A stretch of 28,213 bases of DNA from Bdellovibrionota bacterium (lineage in GTDB: Bacteria; Bdellovibrionota_C; UBA2361; JBIKUX01): NCBI GenBank assembly GCA_044347345.1, contig JBIKUX010000029.1, forward strand, positions 1-28,213, in the 5' to 3' direction. Numbering within the stretch: the first letter of the stretch is position 1; each line of letters starts with the position of its first letter. The notes under the pieces are model-generated. The model searched no databases and was not told the DNA's origin. It saw only the letters and a program-made list of their open reading frames with translations. Below, piece after piece: positions 1 to 9,873 of this stretch. A program made the position numbers and the translations under genes.

Positions 1-843
1 ATCAGGAGCTCTTTCTTTTACGGATTTAATTAGCGGTTCGTCTGAATCATGACGAAGCCAAAAATACTGACGATGAGAGGCTAAATCCCTGACCAATCGG
101 GATTTTTCACTCAAAAGCGTTGTTATGTCCGACTTACTACTTGATCTAACATTTAAATTTCCGGCAAGAGGAGCCGCAATACGAATTCGGTCACCATAGC
201 TACATAAAAGGTCGGCAAATACGCCAGCATCATTTTTCCAATCTCCGTAAGGCAGTAAGGGTGCAACTTGCAAATGAGTTTCAATGCCACAATTACGCAA
301 TGCATGTACCGCACGCAGTCGCTCATCGACTAGTGGAAACTCTGGAGTATAACGCTTAGCTACATCTTCTCGAAGAGTCTCTACTCCCATAGTAACGGCA
401 AGATGCTTGCCAAATTGCTGAAGAATTGGCAGTAGAAGCACTATTAGCGATGACCTGGTTTGAACATATAACATCCCTGGCCTATAACGCTCAAAAATCT
501 CAAGAAATTTTCTAGTTGTATCAAATTTATCGTTAAATGGAAGAAAAGGGTCACTTGATACCCCAAAATAAATAGTTGCCCTGCGAAGTACTCCCGACTG
601 AGATAACTTGTTTAACTGCCTAATAAGGGCAATGTCTGGCTGGCTTCTAAAAAATAAATATCGACTATTAAGTGGTAAAGCACCGCGTTTATCTTCAATG
701 CTTAACATTAGAGCCTGATTAATTCGATCAGTTTTCGCTAGGTCTCTCCCATCTGGCGAGAGACTACTATGTTGCCCAAACACTACTCCATTCTTAAAAG
801 TATCAACGGTGTATACATAGTTACGTGAAGGTATGGTTCTCAT
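1..843 (-). CDS. SplB/Rv2578c-like radical SAM-fold protein lacking CxxxCxxC (3' end runs off the window)
   Basis: Manual translation: ATG at 843, GGAGG SD just upstream, 281 open codons to the window edge: MRTIPSRNYVYTVDTFKNG...IYFGVSSDPFLP...TRKFLEIF...VQTRSSLI...VTMGVETLREDVAKRYTPEFPLVDERLRAVHALRNCGIETHLQVAPLLP. These blocks resemble the DPY/TKS/T..R..EP..RL/PIIP blocks of the family. Not in the ORF track because the stop codon is outside the window. Confidence 0.7.
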   Translation of the reverse strand, partial: MRTIPSRNYVYTVDTFKNGVVFGQHSSLSPDGRDLAKTDRINQALMLSIEDKRGALPLNSRYLFFRSQPDIALIRQLNKLSQSGVLRRATIYFGVSSDPFLPFNDKFDTTRKFLEIFERYRPGMLYVQTRSSLIVLLLPILQQFGKHLAVTMGVETLREDVAKRYTPEFPLVDERLRAVHALRNCGIETHLQVAPLLPYGDWKNDAGVFADLLCSYGDRIRIAAPLAGNLNVRSSSKSDITTLLSEKSRLVRDLASHRQYFWLRHDSDEPLIKSVKERAPD

Positions 844-1011
844 CGCTTCCCTCCGTGTTGTATACAATTATGAATCAATTAAGAAGACATTTGGTTCAAG
901 TTAGTTAAACTATTAATAGTGGAACTCTGTAGCGCCATGGTTAAGACCTGATCTATACTGAATATCTGAAAGCTAAAGATAAGTTTTAATCGTTCATATA
1001 TTGAGGAATTT

Positions 1012-1383
1012 ATGGTTCAAGGTGGATCAACAAGTGGAAACCACAACGGTACAGCTCAAGTACACGAAACAACAGATAGCAAATTCGACCAGGACGTTTT
1101 GCAATCATCCGTGCCGGTCCTAGTTGATTTCTGGGCACCATGGTGCGGACCGTGTAAGTTAATAGCTCCCGTACTAGATGAATTGGCAGCAGAATATGGT
1201 GACAAAATTAAAATTTGTAAAATTAATGTAGATGCAAATCCCAGAACCCCTAATCAATATGATGTACGAGGTATTCCAAATTTAATTTTCTTCAAAGACG
1301 GTAAAATTGTAGACCGAGTCGTCGGTGCAGTTCCTAAAGAACAATTAATAGGAGTTATATCTAAGGTGTCTAATCTCACTTGA
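1012..1383 (+). CDS. trxA: thioredoxin
   Basis: VLVDFWAPWCGPCK active site, VRGIP cis-Pro loop, GAGGA SD. Confidence 0.95.
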   Translation: MVQGGSTSGNHNGTAQVHETTDSKFDQDVLQSSVPVLVDFWAPWCGPCKLIAPVLDELAAEYGDKIKICKINVDANPRTPNQYDVRGIPNLIFFKDGKIVDRVVGAVPKEQLIGVISKVSNLT

Positions 1384-1433
1384 TTATTTTCGCCTCATAA
1401 AGTTAGTAGACAAAATTAACAATACATGAGCCT

Positions 1434-1460
1434 TTAGCCTAGTAATAGTGCTTCCGATTA
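1434..1460 (+). promoter_or_regulatory. putative sigma28 (FliA-type) promoter
   Basis: TTAG-N15-TCCGATTA versus consensus TAAA-N15-GCCGATAA; same geometry upstream of the paralog at 12852. Confidence 0.45.
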
Positions 1461-1550
1461 CTAAGTCACGTAGTGTTGATACTATAAAGGCGCTGTTTTC
1501 TTCTATCTCCGGATAACTGCGCCTTAAATTAGAAACTAAACGCTGAATTT

Positions 1551-2246
1551 ATGAACTATAAGCCCTTGATAATAGGCTCGGCATCCGAACAAAGGATGAG
1601 ATTAAAGGAAGCGTTATCTTCATCTGGACTTTTTCGTAAGGTATCACTTTGCGGCTCGCTTAGAGAGGCATTACCAAAAGATGGTAAGAATTCCGTAGCT
1701 CCTCACGATGTAATTTTTTTAATTCAGGAATTTAAGATTGAGTCTCTAGCTCAATTTATCAAACAAGCTCAAGAAAATCGTCTCGCTGTCAACGCCGCTT
1801 TTGTGCTTGTTTGCCCCGAATCTGGAGGAGACGAGACTCATTACTCAAATTTTATTAGTATAGGTATTGATACAATACTTCGGTCACCGTTTTCAGTAGA
1901 ACGTATCAATGAAGTCGTTGAGATAGTTTCCAAGTTATGTAAGGAAAAATCCAATAAAAAGTATGAAAGTGCATTTCAACTGATGATTAAGCAAATACAT
2001 TCAACACTTTCAAAAGTAACTGCTATTCAGCGTTCCAAGGGCAATACAAAACCAGTTATCGAATCACTAAAAAACATTTGTAGTACCGTTCATACATTTG
2101 ACGATTCTATGCTTGAATTATTCCACAGTCAGCTAATTGATCACTTTGAAAATATTCCCGCACCAAAAAAATCAAGGTATAACGGAGCAAGTAGTAGAGT
2201 TCGTAAAAAATTTGAAGCACTAGAACGAACAAAGTCAAATGAATAG
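1551..2246 (+). CDS. pseudo-receiver (CheY-like fold) protein with helical C-terminal domain, paralog A
   Basis: Receiver-like pattern PLII..R..L / DVIFL / G.D.IL.SPFS; acidic pair, phospho-Asp and conserved Lys not seen; C-terminal YNGASSRVRKKF. Confidence 0.6.
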   Translation: MNYKPLIIGSASEQRMRLKEALSSSGLFRKVSLCGSLREALPKDGKNSVAPHDVIFLIQEFKIESLAQFIKQAQENRLAVNAAFVLVCPESGGDETHYSNFISIGIDTILRSPFSVERINEVVEIVSKLCKEKSNKKYESAFQLMIKQIHSTLSKVTAIQRSKGNTKPVIESLKNICSTVHTFDDSMLELFHSQLIDHFENIPAPKKSRYNGASSRVRKKFEALERTKSNE

Positions 2247-2282
2247 TCGTGCTCTTATCAAAATCAGAAAAAGTTTGTAGTT

Positions 2283-3221
2283 ATGAATGAATGGCTGTCT
2301 GTTGCTGTACAAGTTCATGATAGTAAGTTGAGCTCTGACCCAGAATCTTTGGCTGAATTACTTATGAGCTATGGTGCTGATGGAGTTGAATATAGCTCAC
2401 CATCAAAACTTATAGCCTATTTCCCAAAACATCTAATGCCTAAAGCCGAAGATCTTACTATTAGTTTAGAGTCCTTTGGCTGCTCGGTAAGTGAAATAAC
2501 TCAAGTTAAGCCTCGCAATTGGACACAAGAATGTTTTTTACTCATGACTCCAGTAAGCATAGGAGATCTCACAGTAATACCAGTTCCATCAATTGAAGAA
2601 GCTTTACCATCCTCTGTTTATACGCAGTGCAGTGCTAATTATTCTAGCTCCTCTCAACCTCACAGAACTTTATTTATAATTCCTGGAATGGGGTTTGGTA
2701 CCGGTCATCATCCAGCAACAAAGATGGCTTTAGAACTCCTTCAGCACGATTTAGTTAGGTCATTAGTTAAGTCGCATAAACTTACTTATGCCAGAGATAT
2801 CGGCACTGGTAGTGGCATATTAGCTATTAGTGCCGCTCTTCTATACGGTACTTATGTAGAAGCTATAGATGTAGACCCATCGGCATTAGATAATGCGCGA
2901 GATAATGTCAAAATTAACAATTTAATAGATAAAATTAAGCTCTCTATTACCACACCAAATCCTGCCATCCCTTCCACACCTGTACCTTTAATTATGGCTA
3001 ATATTTATGCTGAGGTTTTGGTATCTCTCTATCAGTATTTTACTCACGCCACATCAATCAATGGTTTTCTCATACTCTCAGGTATTACTGAGGATAAAGA
3101 AGAGCTCGTAAACAAAGCTTTTCTATGTAAAAAGTGGGTCAAACGAGCACGTAATCATACGCCGCCGTCTGAAGAAAACTCGCCTGGATGGGTGAGCTTA
3201 CTGTTAGAACGAACAAACTAA
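2283..3221 (+). CDS. prmA: ribosomal protein L11 methyltransferase
   Basis: PGMGFGTGHHPAT, DIGTGSGILAI, DVDP, ANI, LILSGI motifs. Confidence 0.9.
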   Translation: MNEWLSVAVQVHDSKLSSDPESLAELLMSYGADGVEYSSPSKLIAYFPKHLMPKAEDLTISLESFGCSVSEITQVKPRNWTQECFLLMTPVSIGDLTVIPVPSIEEALPSSVYTQCSANYSSSSQPHRTLFIIPGMGFGTGHHPATKMALELLQHDLVRSLVKSHKLTYARDIGTGSGILAISAALLYGTYVEAIDVDPSALDNARDNVKINNLIDKIKLSITTPNPAIPSTPVPLIMANIYAEVLVSLYQYFTHATSINGFLILSGITEDKEELVNKAFLCKKWVKRARNHTPPSEENSPGWVSLLLERTN

Positions 3222-3228
3222 TAACCGG

Positions 3229-4641
3229 CTAATGTGTACATAAAACTGAGTGTAGAGCTCTTTCTGCTCCTTCAAACTGAGCTCGTTCAACCACGAATTG
3301 AATATTAGTCTGACGAGAAGTTTGCGAAATTGCTAATATATTTATTTTTGACTCAGCCAGTCCTGCTGCTGCTCGAGCTAAAATACCTGGTTTTGCGATA
3401 TTTGACCCAATAGCGCAAACTAGGGCAACAGGCGCACTGGTTACCTGTTCAAACTGCTCAGCTAATGCAGCAATCAATTCAGAAGAAACCTCCCTCTCCA
3501 TAACAATTATCTCAATGGTGTTAGCGTTTGTGGCCTTACACAGATATGAGATGCCAAATTTTGCCAATACCTCCATAATTCGCAGGTCAAACCCTACCGC
3601 ACCGACCATGCGAGTATCATGAATTGAAATACTAACAACCTTATTAGAACCGGCAATGATTTCAACTCTGGACTCGGGATTAACATATTCTTTTGAAATC
3701 AAAGTTCCTTCATGATCTGGATCAAACGCGTTCTTAACTCGAATCGGAATATCGGCTAATTCAAGTGGCTTGGATGCTTTAGGATGAATTGCCTCCATAC
3801 CCACATCAGCTAGTTGATCAGCTACATCAAAATTAGTTGCACATACCGGACGTACAAATTGCTTGCCAATAATAATTGGATCTCCTGAGCTTAGATGAAA
3901 TTCTTTGTGAATAATTGCTTCCTTAGGATTGAGAAGTACAGCTACTTTGGAAAAAGTCACTTCAGAATATCCTCTATCAAATTCTCTCATAATTCCTTCA
4001 ATACCCTTACAATATCCGGTAACAAAGGTGATTAATTGAGATGGATCAACATTTATAAATGCTTCTTTGATTCGCTGGTCAATGGACAACTCTCGGTGGT
4101 CATCCCATCCTGATAAATCAATAGTAATCGCCTGATATCCTCTCTGCTTGAGCATAAGAGCGGAATTATAGGCACTGTGAGACTCACCAATAGATGCTAA
4201 AAGCTCTCTAGCAGCCATGAGCAATTCGTGACGACTTACATACCCAGAAGACATTACTTCTGCTATATTTTTAAGATATTTTCGAGCAGATAAGATACGC
4301 TCTCTGATAAAGTTGTTTGCTTCACAGACATCTAATTGGTTCTGAGCAAATCCTTCATTTATCTCAATAAGCTGCTCTTCAACTTGGTCTAAAGCTGAAG
4401 CATAGTCTCCTTGAGTCTCAAACAAAGAATATACTCCTGGCTGTTTAGTCTTTTTATGCTCAAGAAGAGAGTTTGTTACCCCACCGTAAGCAGAAACAAT
4501 AAATATCCGCCCGTAAGGTGCAATCCCTTCACCTGACCTGAGAATCACATTTGAGATGACTTCACCAAACTTAGACATCGAAGTACCGCCAATTTTTTCA
4601 ACTGTTAAATTTGGTATTACCGCTGTCATGCTCAATCTCAC
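3229..4641 (-). CDS. ask: aspartate kinase, ectoine-cluster (Ask_Ect) type; start may be ATG at 4629
   Basis: TVEKIGGTSMS, VSAYGGVTNSLLEHKK, FDRGYSEVTFS, IIHKEFHLSSGDP, GMEAIHP; C-terminal ACT-like domains. Confidence 0.9.
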   Translation of the reverse strand: MRLSMTAVIPNLTVEKIGGTSMSKFGEVISNVILRSGEGIAPYGRIFIVSAYGGVTNSLLEHKKTKQPGVYSLFETQGDYASALDQVEEQLIEINEGFAQNQLDVCEANNFIRERILSARKYLKNIAEVMSSGYVSRHELLMAARELLASIGESHSAYNSALMLKQRGYQAITIDLSGWDDHRELSIDQRIKEAFINVDPSQLITFVTGYCKGIEGIMREFDRGYSEVTFSKVAVLLNPKEAIIHKEFHLSSGDPIIIGKQFVRPVCATNFDVADQLADVGMEAIHPKASKPLELADIPIRVKNAFDPDHEGTLISKEYVNPESRVEIIAGSNKVVSISIHDTRMVGAVGFDLRIMEVLAKFGISYLCKATNANTIEIIVMEREVSSELIAALAEQFEQVTSAPVALVCAIGSNIAKPGILARAAAGLAESKINILAISQTSRQTNIQFVVERAQFEGAERALHSVLCTH

Positions 4642-4734
4642 TTCTAAAAAAACTCGCTTATACTTAATTTTGCTTAAGCAATAAAAAATTAATCAATAAA
4701 ACCAGTTTATGGAATTTTACGTGAACAACCGTTC

Positions 4735-5127
4735 TTACAATTTACCTACACTGCTAACAGAATTAGTGGAGGAATCTACCAAAAATCGAATATCTTTGAC
4801 TAATTCCGGTCTATTTAGGTATTTAGCTACCCGCCTAATGATGGTAGCCTTATGAAAACTTAGTTCTTGAGCCCAAGCTGAACCCATCACTTTTACAAAA
4901 AGAGTGCCCTTATAAAGTTTTTCTGGTCGGGATCTACGAGCTATTTCTGACCCAACTATTTGCTCCCAATCAGCGACAAATTGATACTCCTTAACTTTGC
5001 GATCAAGCCCGTACTTAGAAAGTACGGAGGCTAAAATATCAGTAGCATGAGTAACTTCGCTACTTCGAGATGAATGACGTTTTGGACTTTCCTCGGAAGA
5101 GCTATTTTGCGGCTTTCTACGACTCAT
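4735..5127 (-). CDS. DciA / DUF721 family protein
   Basis: W.QIVG.EIARRS.PEKL..GTLFVKV..SAWAQELSF.K..I pattern; likely start ATG 5127 (MSRRKP), since the longer track start overlaps the upstream gene. Confidence 0.8.
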   Translation of the reverse strand: MSRRKPQNSSSEESPKRHSSRSSEVTHATDILASVLSKYGLDRKVKEYQFVADWEQIVGSEIARRSRPEKLYKGTLFVKVMGSAWAQELSFHKATIIRRVAKYLNRPELVKDIRFLVDSSTNSVSSVGKL

Positions 5128-5146
5128 TTTATTTGTGGCTATCAGA

Positions 5147-5419
5147 TTATTCAAAAAGAAACAAAAGTTCTCCTTCCTTTGAAAGAAGAAGTTTTTCACG
5201 AGCAACTTTTTCCACATACCGCTTAGATGATTTCATTAACTCTACCTCCTTTTTAAGCGCTTTAACTCTCTCTTCCTGAGCTTGATTAGCTTGCTGTTGT
5301 AAAATTAAATCCAACTTAAGAGCTTTTAGCCGCTCAAGGCTGTCATCACCAAAAATTACAAAAGCAGAGATTACAGCTGAACAGATAAAAAATAGAGCAG
5401 AGACAGATGGTCGGTACAT
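5147..5419 (-). CDS. septum formation initiator (FtsB/DivIC family)
   Basis: N-terminal TM ending in FG, coiled coil, YVEKVAREKL.LSKEGE motif; adjacent to eno. Confidence 0.8.
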   Translation of the reverse strand: MYRPSVSALFFICSAVISAFVIFGDDSLERLKALKLDLILQQQANQAQEERVKALKKEVELMKSSKRYVEKVAREKLLLSKEGELLFLFE

Positions 5420-5617
5420 ACATAAGAGTATAAAAACTATTAGCCACCTTTTTCAATTATAATATTCTTACCTCAAAAATCTCTACTTTAAAGTATTTAC
5501 CAAAATTGCTCACCTGCTAACAAAAATTATACCTTGCACCGTTCAAAGTACGTGCACAACTTAGCCAAGTAATTATATGCTTAGATCAAGAAAGTAGGTC
5601 AATTTAGAGGAGCTTCA

Positions 5618-6970
5618 ATGTCAAATTCTACTCTTTCTTCGTTTTCTTTATCAGCCAATCGCGCCATAAGTCGATGGGCTCCAAGTGATGCTACCGGTAT
5701 AGCTTCTATAACAGGACTTGAAGTCCTTGATTCTCGGGGTTTTCCCACAGTAGCCGCAACTGTCACTTTATGCGGTGGAATATCAGGAACAGCTATGGTG
5801 CCCTCTGGAGCTTCAACAGGTGAATTTGAAGCTCATGAATTACGTGACAACGATAAGAGTAGATACCTCGGTAAAGGAGTTGCTCAAGCAGTAAAAATAG
5901 TAGAAGAAGTTATCGCTCCAGAGCTATTAGGTCGAGATGTAAGAGACCTATCTTCTATTGATCGATTGCTGTGCTCAATTGATGGCACGGATTTTAAGAG
6001 TAAACTTGGCGCCAACGCTATTCTTGGTGTAAGCATTGCATGTGCTCACGCTGGAGCAAATGCATCAAAATTGCCACTTTATAGATATCTTGGAGGCAAC
6101 CAAGCGAGAAGACTCCCTACAAGCCTCGTAAATGTGATTAATGGTGGGGCTCATGCTACCAACAGACTTGATTTTCAAGAGTTTATGATTGTGCCTCTGA
6201 AAGGAGAAACTTTTAGTGAAACAATCAGAATAGCATCGGAGGTTTTTCATAAATTAAAAGCCAACTTAAAAACTCAGGGTCATTCAACTGGTTTGGGTGA
6301 TGAAGGAGGCTTTGCCCCAGACTTGTCCTCTCCAGAAGAAGCATTAATCGCTCTTTGCCAAGCAATAAGCGATGCTGGTTACAAACCTGGAGAAGATGTA
6401 GCACTAGCTTTAGATGTAGCAGCGAGCGAGTTATATGATGATTCAAAGAATAGGTACATATTCAAAAAAAGCTCCAAAGAGGAGTATACCTCACAGGATC
6501 TCATCTCTCTTTATGAAGAATGGTTACAGAAATTTCCAATTGTAAGCATTGAAGATGGTCTCGATGAAAACGATTGGGAAGGCTGGAAAAATATTACTAC
6601 CCGTATCGGCAATAAAGTACAATTAGTCGGAGATGATTTATTTGTTACAAATATCAAACGCTTAGCAGAGGGTATCGCACAAGGTGCGGGTAATTCCATA
6701 CTTATTAAGTTAAATCAAATCGGAACAGTAACAGAAACCATCGACGCTGTAAGGCTAGCACAAGAGTCCGGATATACAGCTGTAATATCTCATCGTTCTG
6801 GTGAAACTGAAGATACAACTATTGCTGATCTAGCAGTAGCACTCAACACTGGTCAGATAAAAACTGGATCCGTCTGTAGAGGTGAGAGAACGGCAAAATA
6901 CAACAGGCTTTTATGGATAGAGCGTCACTTAGATGGTTCTGGTTACATCAGCAACCCTTTTTCAAAGTAA
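5618..6970 (+). CDS. eno: enolase
   Basis: [61 protein letters not shown]. Confidence 0.98.
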   Translation: MSNSTLSSFSLSANRAISRWAPSDATGIASITGLEVLDSRGFPTVAATVTLCGGISGTAMVPSGASTGEFEAHELRDNDKSRYLGKGVAQAVKIVEEVIAPELLGRDVRDLSSIDRLLCSIDGTDFKSKLGANAILGVSIACAHAGANASKLPLYRYLGGNQARRLPTSLVNVINGGAHATNRLDFQEFMIVPLKGETFSETIRIASEVFHKLKANLKTQGHSTGLGDEGGFAPDLSSPEEALIALCQAISDAGYKPGEDVALALDVAASELYDDSKNRYIFKKSSKEEYTSQDLISLYEEWLQKFPIVSIEDGLDENDWEGWKNITTRIGNKVQLVGDDLFVTNIKRLAEGIAQGAGNSILIKLNQIGTVTETIDAVRLAQESGYTAVISHRSGETEDTTIADLAVALNTGQIKTGSVCRGERTAKYNRLLWIERHLDGSGYISNPFSK

Positions 6971-7030
6971 TCTTAAATTGTTCTTATTATCGACAAAATA
7001 TATATAGTCATAAAATTTCAAGGAAAAAAT

Positions 7031-7480
7031 ATGATTAATGAACAAATCATTACAGAACTAATCAGTGCATATTGGGCTGAGCTCGAGACTGTACAGAACT
7101 ACATCGCAAATTCAATTAACTTAGATGGTATTCGTGCGGAGGAAGTAAAGAAAGCACTTGCAGCGGATATTTCCGCAGAGCTCAATCATGCGCAACTGAT
7201 TGCTAAAAGAATTAAAATAATCGGTGGAAGAGTACCAGGAAGTGCTGCTTTTAAGGCAGTACAAATGAGCCTCCAACCCTGTAAAGATTCCACCGATGTA
7301 TTATCAGTCATTAAAGGTGTAATCGATGCTGAAGAAAATGCTATTAATCAGTATAAAAAAATAATTTCTCTTTGCGAGGGTAGTGATTATGTTACTCAAG
7401 ATTTATGTATAAAGTTACTAGGTGATGAAGAAGAACATCGACGCGAGTTTCTTGGTTTTCTCACTGAATATAATCGGTAG
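7031..7480 (+). CDS. ferritin-like diiron protein (Dps-like/bacterioferritin-like)
   Basis: Four-helix bundle with E...ELNH...E...EEEH diiron ligand spacing; LGG-type loop (IIGG); DYVT. Confidence 0.8.
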   Translation: MINEQIITELISAYWAELETVQNYIANSINLDGIRAEEVKKALAADISAELNHAQLIAKRIKIIGGRVPGSAAFKAVQMSLQPCKDSTDVLSVIKGVIDAEENAINQYKKIISLCEGSDYVTQDLCIKLLGDEEEHRREFLGFLTEYNR

Positions 7481-7492
7481 ATAATTTAAGCC

Positions 7493-9055
7493 ATGCACTT
7501 TGTACGCGGATATGGTGCGACTATTTTTGCTGGCGCGTTTCTGGGCATTGCATGGCTATTCCCACTCGGGTTATTAGCCGCATTATGTGGCTGGCTAAGC
7601 GTTGTATGTTGGTCGTGGTTTTTACGAAACCACGAGATAAGTAAATTTGGGGAAAGGACTTATCGTTTTTTTATTAAAGCTTTCATCGGTGGCATAATTG
7701 CTCAAGGGATTGCATGTTACTGGCTAATTTACACGATAAGCCACTTCGGCAAATTCCCACTGGTTATTGCTTTAATAATTTTTTTACTATTTTTGGCTGC
7801 GCATGGCTTACAATTTGTCATAGGCGCTATACTTTTTAAAACCCTTCCTCAAATCACGGATCGCTACCTCTTACGCATCCCTCTTGCTATGGTTTCAGCT
7901 GAACTTATTTATCCGTCGCTATTTCCTTGGATGTTTGGTCATACCCAGTTGGGATTTACTGAGCTAGCTCAATCCGCTGATCTAGGGGGTGTACCACTTA
8001 TTAGCTTTGCTATGTGGTGGGCCGCATCAGCGATTATAAAACTTCCTAAATCAACAATTCGTCAGTATTGGACATGGACAACACGTTTACCGGGATTATC
8101 TTTTACGATAATCCTAATTATTTACGGTAATTATACTTTATTGCTTCCATTGCCGACAACTGGTACACAATTTCCCGTCGCTCTAATACAAGCAAATATC
8201 TCAACCGAGGAAAAAAGAGATGTGACTTTAGTAGTTACTAACGAAAAAAGATACCGAGAACTATCAGAAAAATATGCATCTACTCCAACTTTAGTTGTAT
8301 GGCCAGAAACAGTAGTACAACGTTGGATTCCAGAAATAGATGAAGCTCCAAAAAATCTTCTACCAAGATTATCTCCTTCAGCAACCTTATTAACTGGAGC
8401 TCTTTCTTATAACAAACAAGAAGAACATTTTAATAGCGCCTTTGTTATAGCTCCAAATGGAAAAGTCTGGCCTCCTTATCACAAACAAATTCTGATGCCG
8501 TTTGGCGAATATGTACCGTTTATCAACTACTTCCCTTGGTTACAAAACTTAACTGGGCCAATAGGAAGCTTTACTCCTGGAACTGATGTTTCAACCATTT
8601 CTATCTCATTATCTGAAAATTCATCGTCCCAAATAGTTGTCTCTCCACTCATATGCTATGAAGATATTGTACCTTCAATATCTCGCAAAGCTGTTAACCG
8701 TGGTGCTAATTTGTTAGTAAATATCACCAATGATGCATGGTTTGGCTTATCAGCAGCTCCTTATCAGCACCATCTTATCGCTTCATTTCGCGCAATAGAA
8801 AATAGACGTCCTTTAGTTAGAGCTACTAATACCGGTTTAACAGCTTACGTTAATATTTACGGTAAAACAGAAAGCACACTGCCGATGTTTGGAGAGGGCA
8901 CACTATTAATTATGGCTCCTGAAATAAATGTAAAAACTGTATTCTCAAATATTGGTCACACACCTTGGTATATTTTATCCATCGCCACTCTTTTATTGTG
9001 TGCATTATCAACAATAACTATCTGGCATCAAATAAAGAATAAAATGTACAATTAA
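7493..9055 (+). CDS. lnt: apolipoprotein N-acyltransferase
   Basis: Multiple TMs, QANI, VVWPET, YHKQILMPFGEYVP, PLICYE, TNDAWFG, RAIENRR..VRATNTG. Confidence 0.95.
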   Translation: MHFVRGYGATIFAGAFLGIAWLFPLGLLAALCGWLSVVCWSWFLRNHEISKFGERTYRFFIKAFIGGIIAQGIACYWLIYTISHFGKFPLVIALIIFLLFLAAHGLQFVIGAILFKTLPQITDRYLLRIPLAMVSAELIYPSLFPWMFGHTQLGFTELAQSADLGGVPLISFAMWWAASAIIKLPKSTIRQYWTWTTRLPGLSFTIILIIYGNYTLLLPLPTTGTQFPVALIQANISTEEKRDVTLVVTNEKRYRELSEKYASTPTLVVWPETVVQRWIPEIDEAPKNLLPRLSPSATLLTGALSYNKQEEHFNSAFVIAPNGKVWPPYHKQILMPFGEYVPFINYFPWLQNLTGPIGSFTPGTDVSTISISLSENSSSQIVVSPLICYEDIVPSISRKAVNRGANLLVNITNDAWFGLSAAPYQHHLIASFRAIENRRPLVRATNTGLTAYVNIYGKTESTLPMFGEGTLLIMAPEINVKTVFSNIGHTPWYILSIATLLLCALSTITIWHQIKNKMYN

Positions 9056-9103
9056 TACTTACATCATAGTGTAAGAATAAAAATTAACGCTAAATTTGTT
9101 GAT

Positions 9104-9871
9104 ATGAAAAGTTTCACCTTAATTCTGCTAGTTGCTATCCTTTTACATACCTCAGGTTCTGGTTGTGCACATTCATCATCTACCCTATCCAATCGAGCGC
9201 AGACCCAACCGATAGTAGAGCCATCGGCTTTGGACAAAACAGATTCAACAGTCGCCGGAGCTGCCCTAGGAGCGGCTTGGGGAGCAGGAGCAGGAGCTAT
9301 AGTAGGCCATCAATTAAGTTATGCTGGTGAGGGAACAGCTATCGGAGCTGGCTTAGGTGCGATTAATGGCGCGACTACCGGTCTGGCTCATGATGCCGCT
9401 CAAGAACGACTCTTTGCTCAAGAACAAGTACTTAGTCAACTACAGATGGAGTCTCAGCAAAATAGTCAGTTACTAGCTGAAGTACAATCAAAATTAGATA
9501 CCCCATCTCACAGCGATTCTTCCTCAACAATTTATAACATTTATACCATCCTATTCGATCAGCTAGCCACATCACCACGATTAGGGTCAATTAGAATACT
9601 TGAAATAATAGCGAATTCTCTCCGCAAAGATCCGTATATCAAGGAGATTCTAGTTGAAGGCCACAGCGATGATGAGGGTACTCCAGAACAAACTCTACAA
9701 ATTGCAGAATCTCGTGCTCGCTCCGTCAGCACTTTTCTGACAACTCAAGGACTGCCCTTAAATAAATTTGTAATCAAAAGCTATGGTAGTACCCATCCAA
9801 TCGCCAGTAATGAAACAGCTGAAGGACGACAACTTAACCGTAGAGTGGAAATTATCATTGTAAGGAAATAA
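9104..9871 (+). CDS. OmpA-family lipoprotein with glycine zipper
   Basis: Signal peptide with SGC lipobox, GAALGAAWGAGAGAIVG zipper, VEGHSD..G and NRRVEI motifs. Confidence 0.88.
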   Translation: MKSFTLILLVAILLHTSGSGCAHSSSTLSNRAQTQPIVEPSALDKTDSTVAGAALGAAWGAGAGAIVGHQLSYAGEGTAIGAGLGAINGATTGLAHDAAQERLFAQEQVLSQLQMESQQNSQLLAEVQSKLDTPSHSDSSSTIYNIYTILFDQLATSPRLGSIRILEIIANSLRKDPYIKEILVEGHSDDEGTPEQTLQIAESRARSVSTFLTTQGLPLNKFVIKSYGSTHPIASNETAEGRQLNRRVEIIIVRK

Positions 9872-9873
9872 AA

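Noticed and set aside
858..867. Palindrome TTGTATACAA upstream of the SplB-like gene as an SOS box
   Set aside because: Short and AT-rich, does not match a LexA box I can name, and I do not see it upstream of radD.
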